In this document: one piece after another, positions 56,364-64,000 of the stretch
How the letters are laid out: every line of letters begins with the position of its first letter
How positions within the stretch are numbered: the stretch's first letter is position 1
NCBI GenBank assembly: GCA_951406725.2
Contig: OX597826.1
Coordinates: 27,156,001 to 27,220,000 of the forward strand
Length of the DNA: 64,000 bases
Origin: Octopus vulgaris
Taxonomy: Eukaryota
Direction: 5' to 3'
Notes under the pieces: model-generated
The model's input: only the letters and a program-made list of their open reading frames with translations
What the model was told of the DNA's origin: nothing
The model's database searches: none
Made by a program: the position numbers and the translations under genes

Positions 56364-57207
56364 ATAGAGGGCATTATTACACATATATGCCTCACATAAG
56401 TCATAAGTCATTACTACCAAAATTTTCACTAATCGTACCTAATGCAGTTTTATGCGGTAAGTGTGAAATCACAGGTGATAAAGAACTAAATTCATTTTTT
56501 AAATGTCTTGCTTTGAAAAACTGCATTAGGTACGATTAGTGAAATTTTGGTAGTAATGACTTATGTCCCTCTTAGTGTGAGGCCTTTATGTGTAATAATG
56601 CCCTCTATACAATATAAATTAATATGTTCAAGAGAAAAAATTATTTTCGAATTTTTCTCTAATCAGGTTTTTCACGCTAACTACCTGATAATTTCTTGTT
56701 AAGATTCCTTATTAAGAAGTTATCCTTAATTGTTAAATTTATTCCGACAAAAAATTTCCTACCCGACATGCAGTTCGAAAAAGCCCGCCATTTACCGAAT
56801 ATATGATTTATAAACATCTCCATGTGCTTCGCTGGAGAGAGCAGATGTCTGTTCGACTTCGCCAGGTAATGTTGGTCGTTTATTTATGATGTGTTCAGAA
56901 TCAGTTCTACTGATGAGCATAGACGCATTTTTTATGCGGTAAGTGTGAAATCACAGGTGATATAGAACTAAATTCATTTTTTAAATGTCTTGCTTTGAAA
57001 AACTGCATTAGGTACGATTAGTGAAATTTTGGTAGTAATGACTTATGTCCTTCTTAGTGTGAGGCATTTATGTGTATATACAATATAAATTGATATGTTC
57101 AAAAGAAAAAATTATTTTCGAATTTTTCTCTTATGAGGTTTTTCACGCTAACTACCTGATAATTTCTTGTTAAGATTCCTTATTAAGAAGTTATCCTTAA
57201 TTGTTAA

Positions 57208-57211
<4 letters not shown>
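56359..57211 (+). mobile_element. Hammerhead-containing tandem element (retrozyme or Penelope pseudo-LTR-like) in (TA)n
   Basis: Direct repeat 56448-56741 and 56930-57211 (period 482 bp). Inverted arm 56359-56451 pairs with 56516-56613. Confidence 0.75.
56903..56969 (+). ncRNA. Type I hammerhead ribozyme
   Basis: AGTTCTA-CTGATGA-GCAT..CGCAT(T5)ATGCG..GTGT-GAAA-TCA(CAGG)TGA-TA-TAGAACT: a 7-bp stem I, an intact core, and predicted cleavage after A56962. Confidence 0.8.
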
Positions 57212-57266
<55 letters not shown>

Positions 57267-57441
57267 TATATGGGTACATGACTTCACAACCCGGAAAGAA
57301 CATGAGATACGAAAACAAATAAATACCCAGATAGAAACAAATGGAAAACAGTACAACTAACACAAAGAACAACTCTTCATCAGTTGTCGGCTCTCTATCT
57401 ATTCCTTATTTCGATATATATATATATATGTATGTGCGTGT

Positions 57442-57473
<32 letters not shown>

Positions 57474-58302
57474 TTGTGTACTGGTAGAAAATGTTTTTCC
57501 AGCTGCCAAAATGGAGTGCTCGATCTAAATTGCCGACATGAGAGAATAGGCGTTTCTTTCTTACAACAGGCCCAGTCGGTTCATTGCGAGTGGTTTTGGG
57601 TACATGGAAACTGTGTAGAATCCTGTCAAATGGATTGCATGCAAATGCATACGTATGCGTATCCGTTAATCCGTGCGCGTGTACGTGTATGTATATGTTT
57701 TTGTCTGTACCTAAGTGTGTATTTGCGCGCGTGTGTGTGTGTGTGACTATTGTAGGCATAAGTACATTCTGTGTAATCACCTCGTCAGCACTTTATGTTG
57801 GCTCCTGGCTTACGTAGAGTTCCTGTAACGAAACGAAGATCAGTTATGCATTAATGAACGATAAAAAGGAGCACTTCGTAAATCGAAGGTATGATCCAGT
57901 ACGCATATGATAAGCCTCACAGAGTGATTAATAAGTAATTTACGTAGAGATGTCTCTATGTACTTATATCCAACACTCCTACATATTAATAACTAAAATA
58001 TTTACATGCCATCATACGCCAGAAGTTCTCTGACAGTTTAAGGATTATAGACATGTACAAAGAAACAGATTTATACACACATACACACGTTAAGGAAATT
58101 GTACACACACGCGCGCGCGCACATTCTCGTATATATATAAGCATTCACACACACATATACAGATAGATATTTATGTACGTAAGCAACTTGCAACAAGACA
58201 ATTTCTATATACGTGTGTACGGGTGGGTGTATTTCTGTATGTGTACATACACACACACATGTTTAAAAATTTGGGATTAAGTAGGCCCACGCATACATAC
58301 AT

Positions 58303-58333
<31 letters not shown>

Positions 58334-58366
58334 TATATATATATATAAATAAATATATATATATAT

Positions 58367-58428
<62 letters not shown>

Positions 58429-58530
58429 TTATAAATATATATATGCTCACACACACATATATATACACAGACTTATACACACATACATATATATTTGCTT
58501 GAAATTTAGGAATTAAGTAGGCATACACAC

Positions 58531-58574
<44 letters not shown>

Positions 58575-59154
58575 GTTTGGAAATGAGGGATTAAGTAGGC
58601 TCACCCTTTTAATAAATTGAATCCATCCATCAAGAGCGATAAGCCGATGACACTGATTCGCCTATTTAAGACGAACACAGCTCATTGATCTCGCTCCTTA
58701 AATGACTTCTGGTCTCCGCACAATGGCGTTGTAGTTTTATCCATTTTTGTCTCTATAAGTAGTTTTAATTCCGAAATACTGAAATTAAATTTTAAAGTGT
58801 TAAACGTACTTATTGTCTGATTGTTGTTTTGATTCTCGAATTTTTGCAACATGTAATATAATCGTTTCGAAAGAACCGCTCCTCAATCTCTTCCCCCTCT
58901 CTCTGTCTCTCTCTCTCACACACACACACGCGCGCACATATACACATACATGCACGCACGCACGCAGGTACTTATCCTCATATAGGTATGTGGAAGCATG
59001 TGTTTGCTAAGAATTGTGCGAGGGTGTATAGGTGAGAGTTAATATGCTTTAAAGTTACTGAGATAATTTTGTATTTTTACATGTCATTTGTACTGACAAA
59101 ACACACAGACACACACACACGCACACGCACACACACAGAGGCACACACATATAT

Positions 59155-59191
<37 letters not shown>

Positions 59192-59299
59192 GATATATAC
59201 ATATATATATATATATATATATTTACCGATATATACATATATATGTATATATGTATATACATATACTTATACATATGTATATATCTATATGTATATATT

Positions 59300-59337
<38 letters not shown>

Positions 59338-59493
59338 GATATATACATATATATGTATATATGTATATACATATACTTATACATATGTATATATCTATAT
59401 GTATATATTTGCATATATATATATATATATATATACAAACATATGTATATATGTATGTAGACACGCACATACACGCGCGGCGCACACAGACAT

Positions 59494-59545
<52 letters not shown>

Positions 59546-59804
59546 TTGCTCACAAATCTATATATAATAGTAGAATAGAGAATAATTAGTTTTTAAGGAT
59601 ATACACGCATACATACATACATACATACATGCATACATACATACATACATACATACATACATAAGTGTGCTTGTGTGTGTGTGTGTTTGCGTGTCTGAGT
59701 ATCTACGTATATTTGCATATATGTGTAAATATTATGCACGTATACATATATATACATATACATACATATGTATATATATGTATATTTTATCTATATATAT
59801 ATGC

Positions 59805-59872
<68 letters not shown>

Positions 59873-60754
59873 ACACGCACACACATTTATGTTTATATAC
59901 ATATAGATGCGTAGACTACCTATGTAAAAAAACTACCGTCCAAACAAACACACATAGATATATGGCAATATAGCTATTCCTTCATGACGACACGTCCCAT
60001 ACAAACCATACAAACTCTCAAACATCACTTCTATCTTCAAATCATTCGCTCAACGAATCCGCCATTACCCTACCACACTCAGACTCTACATCTTTATCAC
60101 AATTTTTTTTCTTTTCTGCTTTCTGTCGCTGTTTATCTCTATTACATCTCACTGTCCTTTCGTACTCTCTTAAGAAGGTTGCATTTAAGATAAAACAGAC
60201 GCCATATCAGCTGGCAAAAGCAAGGATAACGTTACGCAGAATGTCAATAGCTGTTTGTATTTGCTTTTACAAAACCGAAGATAATCGTAACGTGAGGGAT
60301 GAGGTGTCTCGCCGTGTTCGTTATCCATAAGAACATCCGCACGCATGAACACAATGAATCATAGATATTTATTTAAAGACATACGCACACAAAACCCACC
60401 ATATAGGAACGTATATATGTATCTACATTCGCGCGGGCGCGCACACACACACAGACATATACGAATATTCATAAACTTGACCACATACACAATCCTATAT
60501 AAATTAACGGAAAGAGAGTAATCAGTATATAAGCATATATATACATATATGTATATACATACATATATACATTTATGTATGTGGGTGTGTGTAAGTTTGT
60601 GTGTGTGTTATATGTGTTATACTTGTGTTAATGTATTTGTGTGAGAGTGTATTACTTTTGTGCGTATAAACGTCTGTGTACATCTATCTATAAATATATA
60701 TATACATATATATGTTTGTGTATACATACATATATAAATATATATATACATATC

Positions 60755-60785
<31 letters not shown>

Positions 60786-61511
60786 ATATATATATATATT
60801 TATATATATATATATATATGTATACATATATATATATTTATAAACACATATAGACACATATATATAGATATATATATATATATATGCGTGTGTATGTATT
60901 ATAATGAACGAACACTTGGAAAATATAATGTACGTTTCCGTATTCTTACAGGTCTATGTGTGTACGTACGTTTGTATGTGCGTCTGGGTAAGCGCGCACT
61001 CAAGCGTTTGACTGAATAATGTATTAACATTTGTCTATCAGCATATATGTATCAATGACTGTCTTTTATAGCGTTGTATAGAATATAAACGGTGGTCCGT
61101 GTCCTAATTAGCTGATCAACGAACGGCCATCTTTATTCTTTTCATCTCATTCAAATCTACGTATACAATAGCTGTTTTGAGCTTATATTGTATCGCCGGC
61201 GTCTTTAGATTCAATAACCCAAAGATCAATACATTTTGTAACTACTTGTGGATTGTCTTGGTTTCTCTTCAAAATTTATTGTATTTGCTGTGATGAGGAG
61301 CATGACGTTCCCAGGGAGCTTCACGCCTTAATTTGTGTTGTGCGTTATTTTTGTAAGAAGTTTTTTTCATTATTTGCTGAGTTACAATATGTATAACATC
61401 ATAAATATCATATCATTATCATACCGTATCAAATAAAATATATTACATATATACATACATAAATACATATGCATACACACACCCACATATATATTTCTCC
61501 ATTTTCTGTTT

Positions 61512-61564
<53 letters not shown>

Positions 61565-61574
61565 CCATAGAGAC

Positions 61575-61773
61575 ATAGATAGATAAATAGATAGATGATA
61601 GGTAGATACATAGACAGACAGACACACAAATAGGTAGATATATTGATATACAGATATATAGATAGATGGGTACATAGATAAATAGACAGATGGGTAAGTG
61701 GGTAGGTAGACAGACAGACAGACAGACAGATAGATAGAGAGATAGATAGACAGGTAGATAGATAGATAAGTAA

Positions 61774-61854
<81 letters not shown>

Positions 61855-61857
61855 TAA

Positions 61858-61943
<86 letters not shown>

Positions 61944-61950
61944 GGACAGA
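61575..61950. repeat. (GATA/GACA)n microsatellite
   Basis: Direct inspection. Confidence 0.95.
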
Positions 61951-62459
61951 TATATTAAATGGATGGTGAGAAAAATAGAGTGATAGATAGACAAATAGGA
62001 AGAGCGATAAACAGATATTTATCTGGGCAGGGTATAGGCATGGTTGCTTGGTCAAAAAAAGTTGCTGCTCTTGAAAACAAATCGTTCTTAGTTCAATAAA
62101 ATTGCCATGCATTTCAAAAGGCCCTTTTTCTAGTATATCTTCTGTTTGAACGATGAGTTGACCAATGGCTCTTTCGTACTCAAAAATGGGGTGAGAGAGA
62201 GAGAGAGAGAGAGAGAGACTGAGAGACAGACGTACAGATAGAGACAGAGACAACAGACAGAGAGAGGGAGAGAGAGGGAGAAAGAGTGAGAAATTGAGAG
62301 AGAAAACTAGTATGTTTATAAATGCCAACACATGTTGTGTATGCGCGTATGTACTAGTATATGCATTCCCGCACACGTACACACACACATATATATACAC
62401 ATATAGTTATATTTGTATGTATACACGTATAACAATATGTGTATATCACCATCATTGAA

Positions 62460-62765
62460 CATTGCCCAGGCAAACTGTCAGCAGTACTTCTTTGCAAGGC
62501 TGGGTATGTCTACCATCCGAAGTCCTATAAAAGATCGACTGAATGTAATATCCTTCCTTCTAGACGGGGCGATCGAACTTATGTAATGTACGAAAGAGCT
62601 TGCAAGTCGATTTCGTGTGTGAAGAGACATAGAGCGGTTCATAAGGATCATACATCACAAAATGACCCGCCCAGTGGAAGCTACAACTTTCGTCTGTCAC
62701 CGGTGTTTCAAGCCATGCACACATCTGCGGCAAGATTGTGCAGTTATCTCAGAGGTCGTAGACGG
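62460..62765 (+). pseudogene. Degenerate RTE-type LINE C-terminal fragment
   Basis: LPRQ, then a frameshifted FVCHRCFKPCT/SAARLCSYLRG that resembles the terminal C2H2 finger of RTE/BovB ORFs. Confidence 0.5.
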
Positions 62766-62929
62766 AATGTCATAAATGCTATTGAATATGTGGATGTCTA
62801 GAGACACGACAATCACATCAGATGACGGAGCAATCACCGTTTTTCTTTGTGTGTATGTGTGAGTGTGTTTGTGTGTGTTTGTTTGTGTATGTATATGTAG
62901 TTGTTATTTGTTTGTGTCTTCTAGAGCTA

Positions 62930-63209
62930 TGCTTGGCTCATAATGACCGGTTCCCCAGTTTCCTTGGCGTACAGGTTCCCCACCTGGACGGGACGCCGGG
63001 CTTTCGCTGGTGAGCTGCAAGATGCAGGAGGAAAGAGTGAGAGAATGTTCTGGCGAAAGAGTCAGCTGAAGTTCGCTATTACCTTCTGCCAGAGCCGCGT
63101 GGAGCTTAGGTGTTTCGCTCATAAACACACACATCGCCCGGTCTGAGATTCGAACCCGCGATCCCTCGACCGCGAGTCCGCTGCTCTAAGCACTAGGTCA
63201 TGTGCCTCC
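62930..63209 (-). mobile_element. SINE family C-related copy
   Basis: Head GGAGGCACATGACCTAGTGCTTAGAGCAGCGGACTCGCGGTCGAGGGATCGCGGGTTCGAATCTCAGAC. Confidence 0.8.
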
Positions 63210-63301
63210 ACATGTATATGTGTACACAGACATATATGTACAAATATGCACACATACATATGCATATACACACATACACGCACACACTCACACATACATA
63301 C

Positions 63302-63350
<49 letters not shown>

Positions 63351-64000
63351 TGTGTGTGTGTGTGCATGTACGCGCGTGTGTGAGTGTGAATTTAACTGGA
63401 ACATACATTTTCACGTAAAAATAATAATTTGCATACATGCATAAAATTTTAGTGAATATATCATCGGGATTTTATAATTCCTTGACATCGTGTCAGATAA
63501 TCCACAGCAATTTGCGGGAAAATTCAAATTAAATTCAAACGTAACAGTAAGCATCATGGTTGCTTAATATCAGTGTCTGCTGTCTTAACTATGATCGACT
63601 GTGTAGATAAGCGAGTATGTAATGCAGCTTCAAATAAGGATCCACGACAAATGATAGAGTGGCTTATTAAATGAAGCAGGGATGGGGAAAACCCCAGTCC
63701 GCGGGCGCAATTGCTCCCGCAAGCCCATTTTATTTCGCTCACAGGCTAATATATGTGTATGTAGAAAATATAGTAAATTTTTCAATTATTAAATTTATAC
63801 AATATTCGTATGCCTGTTAGCAACATAGGTCGTGTTTCAACTACGACTTAAAACGGTTAGACTCGAACAGAAATCATGGAAATTTTGTTTTCACTACAAA
63901 ACACATATTCTTAGGTTTGTACCACCCACCTGAGACTCAACTACACTGTAGCTGAAAAATATAGATACCTCATAAGTAATATAAACGTCCTAAATTCAGT

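Noticed and set aside
57272-57413. Minus-strand CTGATGAAGAG in a small TA-flanked repeat
   Set aside because: No correctly placed GAAA or stems, so a ribozyme cannot be supported from this copy.

Overview
A 64-kb, AT-rich eukaryotic window packed with microsatellites. The SINE families and repeat landscape suggest a cephalopod, probably Octopus (inference). No intact protein-coding gene is visible, and almost all ORFs in the track are microsatellite artefacts. The recognisable content is mobile DNA: three 5'-truncated R4/Dong-like RLE LINE fragments and six copies of a ~556-bp non-coding element, all ending in (AAT)n; a Tx1-clade L1 3' half inside (TATC)n; dead mariner, Tc1-like and Chapaev3-like transposase remnants; CR1- and RTE-type LINE fragments; a hAT MITE with an 8-bp TSD; and at least four tRNA-derived SINE families. 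The most interesting signals are: (1) a 482-bp-period non-coding repeat carrying a complete type I hammerhead ribozyme fold, with a Penelope-like inverted arm (retrozyme candidate, 56359-57211), plus minimal hammerheads in other repeat families; (2) the (AAT)n-targeted non-autonomous element; (3) SINE 3' tails that match the Tx1 and CR1 LINE 3' ends in the same window; (4) a candidate poly-Asn host exon. All family assignments come from motif recognition by eye; no database search was run.
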